From the NCBI RefSeq assembly GCF_046119375.1, contig NW_027362761.1, positions 1,154,192,001 through 1,154,256,000 on the forward strand: a stretch of 64,000 nucleotides of DNA, written 5' to 3'. This DNA is from Phyllobates terribilis. Its lineage: Eukaryota. The first letter of the stretch is position 1. Each line of letters starts with the position of its first letter. The position numbers and the translations under genes were made by a program. This document shows, one piece after another, positions 25,290-39,372 of the stretch. Under the pieces are notes generated by a model. The model did no database searches, had not been told where the DNA came from, and saw only the letters and a list, made by a program, of their open reading frames with translations.

Positions 25290-26075
25290 GGGGAATTAAA
25301 ACCGTCATGTTAAGCTACTGTGACCTCCACCACTTTTCCAAGGGGCATTAAAACCGTCTTGTTAAGCTACTGTGACCTCCACCACTTTTCCAAGGGGCAT
25401 TAAAACCGTCTTGTTAAGCTACTGCGACCTCCACCACTTTTCCAAGGGGCATTAAAACTGTCTTGTTAAGCTACTGTGACCTCCACGTCTCTTCCGAGGG
25501 GCATTAAAATCGCCTTGTTGAGCTACTGTGACCTCCACATCTCTTCCGAGGGGCATTAAAACCGTCTTGTTAAGCTACTGTGACCTCCACCACTTTTCCA
25601 AGGGGCATTAAAACCGTCTTCTTAAGCTACTGTGACCTCCACGTCTCTTCCGTGGGGCATTAAAACCGTCTTTTTAAACTACTGTGACCTCCACGTCTCT
25701 TCCGAGGGGCATTAAAACCGTCTTGTTAAGCTACTGTGACCTCCACGTCTCTTCCGACGGGCAATAAAACCATCTTGCTAAGCTACTGTGACCTCCACCA
25801 CTTTTCCAAGGGGCATTAAAACCGTCTTGTTAAGCTACTGTGAGCTCCACATCTCTTCCGAGGGGCATTCAAACCGTCTTGTTAAGCTACTGGGACCTCC
25901 ACATCTCTTTCGAGGGGCATTAAAACCTTCTTGTTAAGCTACTGTGACCTCCATGTCTCTTCAAAGGGGCATTAAAAGCGTCTTCATAAACCACTCTGAA
26001 CTCCACAGCTCTTCCAAGGGGCATTGAAATGTTGTTTTTAATTACCTCTAACCTCCACGACTCTTCCAACGGGCA
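25290..26075. repeat. 52-bp tandem array (~15 units) inside the hAT, downstream of the transposase
   Basis: ACCGTC at 25301, 25353, 25405...; unit ACCGTCTTGTTAAGCTACTGTGACCTCCAC(CACTTTTCCAA/GTCTCTTCCGA)GGGGCATTAAA. Confidence 0.93.
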
Positions 26076-28596
26076 TTGCATTTCCTCCTAATTTTAGTCA
26101 GCTTTTGCTTTTCAATGCAAAGGTGAAAACTAAGGGAGACCCACTCCCCAATAATGGGTAGAAGGTTTTTAGTACGCTGTAATCCACGTCTGTTTCAAGG
26201 GGCATTGCAGTTCCTCAAAATTTTTGGAAAGCCTTCCATTCACTGCTTAGGCCAACAGTGTACAGGAGACCCAGTTGCTATAAATGGAAAAAATGGTTTA
26301 GTTAAGGCCCTCTGACCTCCATGTCATTTCCAAGGGGCATTGGAGTGCCTCGAAATTTTTGGTAGGCATTGCACTCACAGTATGCCCTATAACTGTGTAG
26401 CCGAACCGCTCATTTTGGTACAGAAACATATCCTACAAGACATATGTGGTTGACTGGCCTGATATTGATGTGAATGGTCCCTGTTCCTCCTGCTCTTTCT
26501 CCTTTGCCACCACCTCATCCATCATTTATCACCTGAAGCTTTGTTTTAACGGGAGTCATAGAACTGGGATAGTAGCAGGAAAACATCCAGCAATCCTCGG
26601 AGGAGGTAGGATATGCGCCAAAACGCCGACCACCTTAGGCCTAGCCGCTACTACATACATGCGCTTGCATTCCAAGAAAACAAAGCGGATGCTAACTTCT
26701 ATCATCATCATCATGCTCCTCACCTTGGCACTCTCAACTCCCCTGATGGAGAAGCCAGGGCCCACCGGAGGAGTCTGGTTCTCTGGTGGGCTCGTCCAAT
26801 GCTGCCCTAAAGCAGGCCAGGCTAAGAAAAGTGTGTGGGAAGGTGACAGGAGAAATAGGGGCGGCTGGGGACCGTTTATGGACACCCAGCCGCCCCCAGG
26901 TGGCTGGGGACCGTGTGTGGACACCCGGCCGCCCCCCTGGCGGCTGGGGACCGAGCGTGGACACCCGGCCACCGGGCGGCTGGGGACTGAGTATGGATAC
27001 CTCGCTGCCGAAGCAGCCATGATGTAGTGGCCAGCTTCGGCCTCCTCCAAACTAAAAGGCCCCATTTCAAGTGCAAGCTAGCAGTATAGTATTGCAGCCA
27101 GCGGGTGGGTGGGTGGGTGGTTGGCTGCATATTTGCACTTGCATTGCAAGGAATGGGGGAGGTACGATTGAACACTGCCCTGGGACAAGGACTTGCACGG
27201 GGATAGTTGCAAGTCTGCATCTTCTGATGCGGCAAGGATCACTTCTGATGGGCACACTTTTAGGCAGTGACCTGCATGTCAGAGATGCTTCCAGCGGTCT
27301 TCCCCATGCTGTTCCCATGTCTTTTCAACACTGTATGCATGTGTCACACAGCACATGGCCAGATAAGGTTGTAAAATGTTAAAATGACATTTCCCAGTGA
27401 ATGCATTTATCACGGTTGTAAGCAATACAAAAGTGCAAAAACGCATAAAAAATGCTACTTGTGAACATAGCCCAAGTTGTGGAGGAGTATTTTTTGGGGG
27501 GTTATTTATTTTACCTCATACACAAGTCTTTACCCTGGAAAGGAACTTCCTTAACATATTTCACAGGAAAGCAGTTTCAGTTTCATTTTTGAACGTTTTA
27601 TTGTGAGCCCTTAAAAGTGGCTTAATACCTCTGACCACGTTGTTGACAGCAGTGACTTGGGGGTCAGAAATGCTTCCTGGGGTGATCCCCTTGCTGTCCC
27701 CATGTCATTTGAGCACTGTCACTATCGTTTTGGGCACTTGTTAGGCTTTTAAAAGACTGCCGGGGGTGCCGTCGCAAAAATGCTCGGGTCTCCCATAGAC
27801 TAACATTGGGCTCATTGCTCGGGTCGAGCACCCGAGTATCACGGCGAGCTCGGCCCGAGCTTCGAGCACCCAAGCATTTTAGTGCTCGCTCAACACTAGT
27901 CATTTAAAAAATGTATGTGACATATTTCCTTAAAGAAAAATAAATTAAAATATACCTAAAAAGATTATTGGATATTTTAAGAAATGTATAATAGGTTTGA
28001 GTAGAGTAGGGCCCGGCTAGAAGAGTCTACCTTGTCCTAGTGGTGGCTTAAAAAATCTTTTGGTCACATCAAAGGCTGCTGGCTATATATGTGGTATAGT
28101 GTTCGATGGGAACTGTTTGTGTGATTGGTGAGGACATGGTGCAGAAGTGGAGTTTTTCCAAGAGTGGGTGGTGGGACTGTGGAAGGTTTGAGGGGTGGAG
28201 GCGGAGCTGGGGTAGAGCCTGAGCTGAGTCTCAAGGGGGCCTGAAAATTTTGCCAGTATGGCAGCCTGAATATCATTTTAGGATTCCACTATTTTGCTTC
28301 CTTCATTGGGAAAATTGATGAAGTGGTTGTGTTGTGCTAAACAAACTACTTTGTTGGAGATCATGCACAATGCAGTTTACAGATCTCCTAGTATTGCATG
28401 GTGTATGGACTGTCCCCAGCCAAACAGCTTCTTCGGGAAACTATAATATCTATAGTATTTTCCACATTAAGGAACAAAAATAGGGTAATTAACCCTATTA
28501 CACTATTTATGGACATTACATTTCTTGCTCAAAGATCAGAAAAGAAGTCTACTTGCTCTTTAACCTTTTCCTGACATGTGCCATATATTTAATTAA

Positions 28597-28990
28597 AGGG
28601 GTTGTCCACTACTAGGACAACCCATTCTTGATCTAATTGTTTGACCCCGATAAAATAAAAAAGCTTATACTCACCTCCCATGCCGGCACCGTTCCAGCAG
28701 CGTCAGCACTCGCGATCCATGGGCTCCTCTGTGGCTGTTGTGACACTTGAGCCAGGAGCCCAATTAGCGCTGGCGTCACTGTCTCCTTCTTCTGTCGAAT
28801 TGAACATGAAGAGGAAGTTCGGGCTGTGGCTGTTCTCTGACTTCCTCTTCATGTTCAATTCATATGAAAGTGGGGCCAGTGATGCTAGCGCTGATCCGGC
28901 ACATGTCACAACAACCGCACGGGAACCCTAGGAGGACCGCAAGTGTCGTCACCGCTGGAATGGCTCCGGCACAGGAGGTGAGTATATAAA
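28597..28990. mobile_element. Kolobok/T2-type MITE (TTAA site), palindromic core, far end not found
   Basis: TTAA|AGGGGTTGTCC start; 28666-28760 inverted with ~28880-28986. Confidence 0.55.
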
Positions 28991-29700
28991 TAAAAAGTAT
29001 GAAAAATTTTAATCTACCTCTTTAACCCCTTCCCAATATGGTCAGCTTTCGATTTTGCCTCTTTTTCTTCCAAGAGATGTGACTTTTTTATTCCTGTCTA
29101 CCTAGATGTTTGTTGGCTTGTTTTTGATGCCATTCATTTTACTACATATTGTATTGTTAAATGGGAACAAAATTCCAAGCGTGGGGAAATTGAAAAATAA
29201 CACCACAATTCTGCTTTTTGGGAATTGTTTTTACAGCGTATAATGTGTGGTAAAAATAACCTGACAACATGATGAACGAGGTCAATACGATTATGACGTT
29301 ATCAAACTTGTCTAATTCTTTTTATTATTTTACCGGTGAAAAAAAATTGGATATGTGTAAAAAAAACACATTTTTTTTATTGCGTCACTATTTTCCAAGA
29401 CCTGAAATGTGAGTGAGGGTTTATGTTTTTGGTAGGAGACATAATGTTTTTATTGATACCATTTCGAAATCTATATGACATTTTTATAGCTTTTCGAGGA
29501 GGCTGGCATCTCTCGCTGTCATACCATCTGCGATGAATTACAATTGCTGCTGGAAACCTAACAAAGTGCCTCCAGGTGAGTCATGGCTGTTAGGTCTTTT
29601 CAAAAGTATGGGCTAATAGTTTGCTTGTTGTTGACTGATATGCCATAAGACATTGTAATAGTGATTATATCAAAGCAAAATAGAATAGATCAGAAGTACG

Positions 29701-32163
29701 TGACGCGCCCCCGGGGCCGTGGGGTACTCGATGCCGGGCCGGTCGTTGCTAGGGGAGATGTCACAGTGGCGGTGACCCAGTCCATGACCCAGGGCAGTCA
29801 ATCAAAAAGGGGAATTATTTACAGGGGATTTATAGTTCTTATATATATAGTTCGTGACGCCACCTGTGGCATGCGGCTATATGGAGCCGCCGCTGCTGTG
29901 CAGAACCTCTGGAGCTGATGTTTAGTGCAGCCGAGTTGGTTCAGCTCTCCACAGGCAGAGCTTAGCTCCAGGGCAGAGAATGGTGATGCTGGGCGTTGTA
30001 GTGCAGGGGTGATGGCACAGATAATAATCACAGAGACAGTGGGGTGCAGTCTTCAGGGTCTTTACTCACGGTTGTTGCATTTCAAGTTACAGGTACCAGT
30101 GTAACTTCCCTCGTCGTGCTGCGCTTACTCAGGGAGGGGTTCAGCCAACCCTCAGATATCTCCGGAGTACTTAGCGGGACCCCCTTCTGTGTGTTCTCTC
30201 TCTCTGGCCGTCTCCCTGTGTAGCGCCCCGAGGGTTCGGTTGCTACAGGGGTATTGCACCTCAACCAGAGGTGTGGTATTCCATTCCCAGTTACGGATGG
30301 AGTATGGACCAGGGCTCAGTTAGCTGCATACACCACACACACCCCATTTCCGGGGGACAGCTCTACGGTGCTCCCATTTATATATATATGCAGGCACATC
30401 TGACTATGTCCCTGGCTGGAGTGGGGAGGGGGGAGAGAACCCAGTGGTGTAGGAGCAGAAGGGGACGGTTTCTGGAGCATAGGAAGGAGCTCATTGGTTG
30501 CAGGTCACCTGAGCTCAGACACAGAGAAGCAGATAAAAAGGTGGGGGCCATCTTAGGAGAGAGTTCAGTGTTCTGTGAGAGGAGAAGGCAGGGAGCAGAG
30601 CTGCTGCATGGGCTCTGCTCCCTGGGCAGGCCTAGCACAGAGGCCGGAGCCTGAGGGAAAAGAGAAGAAGGAGATGGAAGGAAAGAGGACAAAAAGAGGA
30701 GTAGAAAGGCTCCAGAAACAAGAAGGCAGAAGGGACCCTAAGAACCCACGAGATATCGGGTGAAGGGTCGGGCAGAATAAGGGTACCGGATTCCCAAGTT
30801 GGTGGAGGTAAATTATCCCTCAGCCAAAGACCGGAGGTCGTGATCATCTATTGGTGCGACCCCCTGCTACACCCGCTAGGAAGGCACCACAAAGGGTCAG
30901 GGAAACGGGCGATAGGTTTCACCAAGAGAAGGCCCGAGGCAGCTGGACAGAAGTGTGGTCACTGGTGGGGCACGAGAGGCCGGAGAAAGGACAGAAGGGG
31001 GTCCTGTGCCATACTCCTGAATTGCCTGGGGGTTGACCGAGCTCCTCACCTAGTGGACGCAGCATGGCTTGGGCAGTCATTCCCTGCAGAAGTGACTCGG
31101 ATAACAACTGTGAGTAAAAGACCCTGGACTGCAACACGTTGTCTCTGTGTTTCTTACCGCGCCAGCACTAACGGTACTGGGACGCACTGCACCACAACCC
31201 CCACCATCTATGCTCACTGCCCTGAGGCTACACTCCTCCCGTGGGGAGTTATACTATTCTCTGCTGCACCCACAATACCAGCCTCAGCGGTCTGCCCTGC
31301 AGCGGCGGTTCACTCTGACCGCAATCCACGGGTGGCGTAGTCAGACATTCATAACTATACTAATAGACTGCCACAGCATTTGGTCTGACCACCCTGAGCC
31401 ACAGGATCGGGTTGCCACTACTACCCCCATCATCACACTGAAGCCCGATTCCGAGTGCCCCACGGCCCACTCACCTGCACCTCATACCTAATGTCCCAAT
31501 CCAGTACCCGCGGGCCTTCTCGGGCGATGTCTGTTCCGTCCCCTGGGTCCTCTATAGCTACCTTCTTGGTGAGACTGATATGAACTGTTGGCTACAGGAC
31601 TTGAAATACTGCAGCCTCCGGTTTCTAGTTGAGTCATAAAGCACTCTGCTAGTTGAGGGACCGGTCCCCTTTGTGTGGCCTGACCCCTCCACCTCCTGGT
31701 GGATTTGGGCGTACGGGTGGCCTCCAGCACTGCCCGTACCCCTGGGGTCCCTTCTTCCGTTCCTGGAGCCCTTCCTGCTCCTCTCCTTCTTCTTCAGTCC
31801 TGGGCCTCTCCTCAGGCCCTCCTCCTGAGCAGAGCTCCTGAAGAGCCTCTGCTCCTAGCACTACTCCTCTCAGACTGATCTGACTAAAACAAGATGGCTT
31901 CTCTATTTATACCTTCCTTTCATGTGCTCCCCTAATCTGCTTCCTCCACCCACACCCACTACATGGTTCCACCCTTCAGCTAGGGACGAGGGACTGTGCT
32001 CTCCCTTAGGAGCAATCTCACCCTGCCCTCCACTGAAGCGGAATGTGTTGGATGCAGGTGTTAGGGTCCCGGGCAGCACTCCCTCCTTACCTGAGAGTGA
32101 GATACCACACCTCTGGGTGAGATGCAGTACCTCTGTGGCGACAGAACCCTCAGGGGCGCCACA
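29701..32163 (-). mobile_element. Divergent solo LTR of the same broad family, split by a second LTR
   Basis: Minus strand TGTGGCGCCCCTG...GGGGGCGCGTCA; perfect TSD TACG (29697-29700, 32164-32167); ~1.2 kb once the insert is removed. Confidence 0.85.
30219..31469 (+). mobile_element. Solo LTR inserted in opposite orientation inside the previous LTR; last ~12 bp lost
   Basis: TGTAGCGCCCCGAGGGTTCGGTTGCTACAGGGG start; collinear with 19840-21058 up to ...CACGGCCCA. Confidence 0.85.
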
Positions 32164-32342
32164 TACGCACTGGTAAGTTATCATGGGGGTCTCCAGCGTC
32201 CTGCTAGTGCATTGGTAATATGACCTAATGTTGGTAAGGCTGTTTCTTTTTCTGAATATATGTTTTTCTGTGAGCCGTATGTGGCAGATGAAAAAAATAT
32301 TTGTTTCCTTGAATTGTGTTATTATTCTGAAGAGGTTGTAAC

Positions 32343-33198
32343 TAGAGAAGAGCGGATCTAACAAAATTTGAATTCGACAAATTGCGTGGATTTTCCCATT
32401 AAATTTGATTCGCAGCTATTCTCAATGAATTGAGTGTCCCTTTTTATGCTTCAAATCCCAGAGCATAATAAACTTAAAATAATAAAAACAAACAAAAAAA
32501 ATCATACTCATCTCATGTTCACCTGTCTGGCCTAACCGCTCCTCACTGCCCATCGTTCATTCCTTAGAACCGTCTCTTCTTTCCTCCTCAAGAGCCGCAT
32601 CTCCTGGCCTGCTCATTCCTGGCCGGGACTTATGGACTCGTCCAGGACGTTGAGGTCACATTGTCACTGAGGCCTGGTCGTGGTTGAAAGTCCTGGAAGC
32701 TGGAGCTATAACAGCGGAAAAAAAAACCCTGAGGACTAAGTATCAGGCAGTGAGCCTGATGTACATTCCTCTTCATTCCGATGTTGCATCCCCAGGCTTG
32801 TTCACTCTAGGCCAGGACTTCCGGCCTTGGAGGTGACTGTGTGTTGTACATCATGACATCACAGACGTGCGACATGCAGTGATCTCTCAGTCCTGGTCAT
32901 GGCTGGAAGTCAGGGCCTACAGCGAACAAGCCAGGGAATGTAGCTTGCAATGGAGGAAATAAGAGGCTGCTCTGAGGATCGTACAGCGGGCAGTGAGCAA
33001 CGGTGGGGCTGACAGGTGAGTTGAGGTTTTTTTTGCTTTTTTCATTTTTGCCTGTTCAGCAAAATATCAGTCAGCCCGCCTTCACTTTGCTGAATCCTCG
33101 CGAATAAAATTGACAAAAATCTGTATTCTCAAAAAATGCGGATTTATTATATATTCAAGTAGAATTCAATTCCACTTGAATAAATTTGCTCACCTCTA
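32343..33198. mobile_element. hAT MITE (TAGAGATGAGC-type TIR) with palindromic interior
   Basis: TAGAGAAGAGCGGAT / ATTTGCTCACCTCTA; TSD GTTGTAAC vs GTTGTAAA. Confidence 0.7.
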
Positions 33199-36100
33199 GT
33201 TGTAAATCACGTTAGACACATTTGGTACTGATGTAATCACACTGATACCCAGAATGAAGATAAAATAGTTTTTTTTGTTATTTTACACCTTATCCTCAAA
33301 AGAGTAAATAAAAAAACTCAGGAAAACAAGGTCAGAATTGTTATTTGTTATTTTTAAGCTATATGTTCAAAATGGTGCCATCGAAGAATACAACTTATCT
33401 TGCAAAAAAAAAACAAGTCTCGTACAGCTACAAAAACAACATCTTAAAAGGAATCAAAAATGCATAAAATATGTGAATCTGCCATCTTATCGTCAATGGC
33501 TGATGCACAAAGACAAGGGGAACTGTGTAATGAGGAATTCATCTTAATAAGCACAATCATTTCCACACTGGTGAGTATTCATACAGCGTGCGAACTGCAG
33601 AGGAGATGAAGCATTCTGGTGCCATATACAGCCCTTTTAACTCTCTGTGTACTGTGTATATACTCATATATACTCATATGAGGAGATCTTATGGCAAGGT
33701 TCGTTAGTCAGACCTAATGGAGATAAATTACACAGAATTGTCTTACTGAGCAGGCACTCCACTCAACAGCTTTAATCCTTCGCATTATATATTCACAATT
33801 ATTTTTCTTTTATGTTTGTTGCTATTTTTCTCATGATTATATTGTAGATTATATAACAGATTAAGTTTACACTGTTGTATAATTGGTGCAACCTAAGATT
33901 TACAACATCACATCAGTCTTAAAGTGATCACTGTCATTTCAACTTTTCATAAATCAACAGTACAAGTAAATATTATATGATTGAATCCGTTTGATGTGAA
34001 TTGAATTTTTAAGAATTTGGTGAAGAAGGCTATCTCAAAGGTTTTAGAAGATTGCACCACCCAAAAAAGGATCGCATAATCTTATGGAATGGCCAGATAG
34101 GCTTCCACATAATGCCTTGCAGCTGTCACAACACATGGTATAGTACAGCCAATTATGAGAGACTATCGCAGTATGTATAAAATTGCAGGCAGGGAATGCA
34201 GCAGCCATTTTGTGGTGAATCTGGATAGTAACAGAACTTTACTAGGGATGAGCGGACCCATGGAAGTTCGGGTTCATTGGAATCGACCGAACTTAAGTAC
34301 AAAATTGGGTTCGGATACCAGAACTGTACCCCAACTTGAATCTGAAACCGGACTCCATAAAAATCAATGGGGAACCAAACTTTGGAGCTGGAAAATCTCT
34401 CTCTTTGTGCCTGTCACTAGGTATGAGAAATAGAAAATAATACAGACTTCATTGATAGAGAGAGAGGGGGAGAATCCCTGTGTCTGTGAGACAGCGCCAG
34501 GGAACGACACATGGCTGGCAGCTCTACTTGCTTGATCTGTGTTTTTACAGTGCTGCAGCAATTAAATTATATTTGTAAGACTTGTCTGGGCAACTGAATG
34601 CTTTGTACAACATTTGATTCACCGTGAATTTCCTTACAAAATTTGAATGAGCTGAAAAATTTGAATTTCAAAACATTCACTCATCATTAATAATTAATAA
34701 CATATCCATTCACCTAAATATTCCTCTGTCTACATTTAACGGCCACCCCCCCCCAAATACACCTCTTGAAGTCATCATTTATTCTGAGCTCTCAACTCAC
34801 TAAGGGATCTGATTACAAAAGTAGCATTCCTTAATATAACGTGAGATCGAAAGGATAACTTCTCTCCTTGTGGAGAGTGACAAGTTGGCCTGCTTGCTTG
34901 ATCAGACTTGCTGCTATGACATGACATGGTATATGTGACAGGTAGAAGTAGTGCTTTTGCCGAGTGTGATATGCAGAAGTAGTGCTTGTGCTTTAAAAGC
35001 ATCCAGCAACTAGAGGGGTTAACACAGTTACAGGAGAAGGGGAGTGTTTTAACAGAGTCCCAGGGGGATTGTGGGGAAGTTGTTTACTGTCTGGAAGGAG
35101 CCGAAGAGAAAGGGTGTGTGTGTGTTCTGTATCTCACAGAAGGCCCCTGCAAGTGAAAAGGATTCAAGTCAGGAGTGAAGCAAAGCACAGGTCAGGTAGA
35201 GTTCCAGAACTAGCAGTGCAGAGTATTGTCAGACAGAAAGATAAGGACTGGAAGAAATGGTGTCACAGGGATCATTTCCCTTAGCAAACCTTCCCCACCT
35301 CCTCCATCTCACTGTGCTGTAAAGAGTGCTGTGTTCATTAATGTGCCTTTGCATTAGATCTGTGCTGTCCTGTACTACTGGGAAGACTGTGAACTGCTGT
35401 GCTGCTAAGGAAACTTTACTGTTTGTCACTGGAGCCTGTTGCTCATAAGACTTAACTTGCACTGGCTGTGCAGCTTCTTAATAAATGCTACTGTTCTACC
35501 GTTTATGAGGACTCTTGTCAAGTGTGTCTAGTCAGCAAGTGAAAAACCTACATGTCTGTGCCTGAGGGTCAATACCCCTGTGTGCCTGAGAGAAGCTGCA
35601 GCACATGGTCTATGGTCGCCCTGAGTAACGGTTCCCCCAGGATTCCAAAGAATTCATGTTACCTGTCTCACCCCTATCTGAACCTAGCAGCGTGCGTGTA
35701 ACATACAGCACCACGAACCTGGAGGGACTATCATAACCTTGTCTCTGATGGTGATAATGAGGCAGGTGGCATCGCTTGCTGTTGATACAGTTGAAAATTG
35801 GAACAATAACCTCCTAGACTGGCATCCTAGATCAATCCTTAAAATTAGAAGCATCGCTTGCTGGACTTGTGCCCAAGATCAATCTTGAGAATTGAAAGTA
35901 TTGCTTGCAGTGCTGGCGCTCTAGATCTTTCTCCCTGTCCCTCTCCATCTCCCCTTCCTAACTGCCTGATAACCACCATCTACTTCTTGTTTCAGCTCAT
36001 TTTAACATCACTAAAGCTAGCTTTTCGTTAATTACATTAAAATGATTATACACACTCATAGGAAACCTCAGCATTTTAGATGCATCTTTTCAGGACAATT

Positions 36101-37513
36101 GTTTTACCTGCAATTAGAATGGAATTTTTAAGGAAAATTTGCCAAGGCAGGTGAATTTGAACTTCAAAAGACTTAACCATCTCTACTTATTATCAGTGAG
36201 TGACTGGTATCCATTTGGATAAACAGAGGAACTTATTAAAATGCACATACACCTACTTTTATAAATATTGTATGCCCTTAAACACTTTTCAGATTGGTTG
36301 GGGTTTGGTTCTTACTTCTTAGACCACCACTAATCAATCAAAACACTGTTCCTGAGCACTCACTTCAGCAAGTAGAGGCACTCAGTTCTTGCATGAGTGT
36401 TTTTGATCAATCAGTGGGGGTATGCAATGTATGTAAAAAAGTTAGTAAATGTAGCTACACTTGACTGTGTACCCTTTATACGCATGTGGATGTCATGAAT
36501 GTCCTGATGTCACAATGTCTTGATTTTTCAGAAATAATTTGGGCAAATTTGTGGATGTCTTCTGCTAAAAAAGAGACAGACTGTCTCTTGGTTTGTTTGC
36601 AGGGGGAATGGGACTTAAACATCCCTATTTTGCCAACATCAATGTTGGTACGTATGGAATTATCAGTAAAAAAAAAGTTTTTTGAATGACTGGCTAAAAA
36701 CAAAGTTGTCTGTTGTTGGACCTTTGGAGAACATTATTGTCCCAGAACCTTGACCCACTGGGGAATCCTCTGATACTCTGGTGAACCGGTCACTTCCTGC
36801 TTTTGAGCCAAAGGCTTATCAGGCATTTCTAATTCCGCTAAAGTCTTTGCGTGTGAACATATTTTCCACAATCTAGTAGTATATCCGTCATAAACACTTT
36901 GCAACTTTGACATAATAACTAATTACTTTCTTCTATAGTAACTGAACAGCAAGTATTTTCTTCCTGTGGAAAGAAATATGATGGAAATCCTATGGGCACA
37001 GTCCAGTGAAAACAAGACTTCCCTTGCATTGTTTTCCACAACCATTCATGTCACTAGATGTTGGTCCTTCAGTACAAACAATAGAGACTTACCAAAAATG
37101 TATGCACATAGAATAGGAAAGGAAAGTATTACTTCAAGGGTACTATTTATCTCTGATAAAATCTTAAAAGGGAATCTGTCACCTCGGAAAATGCAATTTA
37201 CCTACAAATATAAGGTTAATCTGTAGGTAAATAGTGTTATTCAGCTACCTGGCCTCCTTAATGAAAGTGCGGCTCCAGCTAGAAAATTAAATTATTTCCT
37301 CACGTGAGCCATCGGCTTTCAGTAATGGGGGCATACACGGAGTGACAACAGACACAGCACATCTGTGCAGAGTGAGCTGTCAATCAAAGTACTAGGGCGT
37401 GCTTACAGCTCACAGGATAGTGAGTTCTGCAGGTGGTAACTGTAGCCACTCCATGCCCCCTGACTGAAAGCCAGCAGGTTGCTGGAGGAAAGAAGTTTAT
37501 TTTCTACTGCTAG

Positions 37514-38615
37514 TCACACTCTCAGTAAGGTGGCCTGGCAGCAGAATAATGCTGTCTGATGTGTTGGGCTAGAGAGTTCCAGAGTAAGGGGGATGCATGA
37601 GAGAAAGCTTGTATGCGATTGTGGGTAGAGGAGATAAGAGGGGAGTAGAGCAGGAGATCCTGTGAGGATCGGAGGTAGCGTGCAGGTAAGTAACGGGAGA
37701 CTAGGTCGCAGATATATGGAGGAGACAGGTTGTGAATAGCTTTGTATGCCATGGTTAGGGTTTTGAACTGGAGTCTCTGGGCAATAGGGAGCCAGTGAAG
37801 GGATTAACAGAGAACAGAGGCTGGGGAATAGCGGGGGGGACAGGTGGATTAGTTGGGCAGCAGAGTTTAGGATAGATTGGAGGGGTACAAGAGTGGTAGA
37901 AGGGAGGCCATAGAGAAGGAGGTTGCAGTAGTCGAGGCTGGAGATGATGAGGGTGTGCACTAGTGTTTTTTCAGATTCGTGGTTGAGGAATGTGTGGATC
38001 CGGGAAATATTTTTTAGCTGCAGTCGGCAAGAAGTGGAAAGGGCTTGGATATGATGTTTGAAGGAGAGATCAGAGTCAAGGGTTACCCCGAGGCAGCGAG
38101 CTTGCGAGACTGGGGAGAGTGGACAACCATTGACTTTGATAGATAGGTCAGATGGGGGGGTTGAGCGAGATGGTGGAAAGATGATGAATTCAGTTTAATC
38201 CATATTAAGTTTTAGGAATCCAGCAGAGAAGAAAGATGAAATAGCAGACAGGCAGTGTGGGATTCTGGTTAGTAAGGAGGTGACATCAGGTCCAGAGAGG
38301 TAGATCTGTGTGTCATCAGCATAGAGGTGACACTGAAAGCCGTGAGACTCTATGAGCTGTCCCAAGCCGAAGGTGTAGATGGAGAAGACCAAGTGTCCTA
38401 GAACCTTAGCCTTGGGGAACACCGACAGATAGTGGGCGAGGTGAGGAGGTGGTGTGTGAGTGGGAGACGCTGAATGTCCGGTCTGTTAGATATGAGGAGA
38501 TCCAAGTTAGGGCCAAGTCTGTGATGCCGAGAGATGAGAGAGTCTGTAGTAAGAGGGAATGGTCCATTGTGTCAAAGGCAGATGACAGGTCCAGAAGGAG
38601 CTTGTTTTGTTCCAA
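37514..38615 (-). mobile_element. L2 LINE fragment (RT to near 3' end), degenerate
   Basis: [49 protein letters not shown]. Confidence 0.9.
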
Positions 38616-39372
38616 ACAAGTGCAGTTTTTATTGCTTTCCACAGGTTGCACAGCACCAAAACAAACTCATAAGCATAAATCCACTTAAAGAGATGGCTCC
38701 CATCTCTCAGCCCTCCCCTGAGCTGCACCAGCGATGCCATAGCACCAAGGCAATGTCACCTTCCAGCCAGACAGCTCCCTCATGCTTTCAGACTGCATAT
38801 TCAACACTGAAGCCATATTTATCCAGGACATCCAATACTTGCACTGCAATTGTCTGTGCTTTCTGGGATTTCACATCCGTATTCCGTCCAACAGTTGTAG
38901 GGATTCACGCTCTCTGGCAGGCGTTTGGCATTAGGCCTTAGGTAGCGTTCACACAGGCAATGCAGTTTTAGTCTAAACACGTGCAGTTTTTATTGCTTTA
39001 CACAGGTTGCAAAGCACCAAAGCAAACTCATAAACATAAATCCCTAGTCTTGTCCAGGCGCTAATTAAGCAGAACAGACCCTGGCTACTCATACACAGCT
39101 GAGCTAGCCCCAGCTCTGTTAAACAAAACAACTATCTGGCCTCTGTTACATCCAGCAGCCTAACTGACTCCTCATTCAGGGAGAGACCCCAGGACATCTC
39201 CCTCTCTTATCTACAGCTCACATCTTGGCTGGACACACAATGAATCTACTTCCTGCTTCTTATAGAAACCATACAGGTGTTTCTAATCAAACACTGCAGA
39301 GCTGGGATGTAACCCTGTCCTTCCCTGCAATGCTACAATATACACTCATAAATAAATAAATAAATAGATATA

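Larger units (their letters stand above)
15722..27898 (+). mobile_element. Formerly autonomous hAT transposon (~7.3 kb excluding the LTR insertion)
   Basis: 16-bp TIRs TAGTGTTGAGCGAACA / TGCTCGCTCAACACTA; TSD GTCATTTT vs GTCATTTA; contains transposase pseudogene. Confidence 0.92.

Noticed and set aside
25290-26075. 52-bp array as a CRISPR array
   Set aside because: No unique spacers, only two recurring unit variants; eukaryotic TE context with no cas genes
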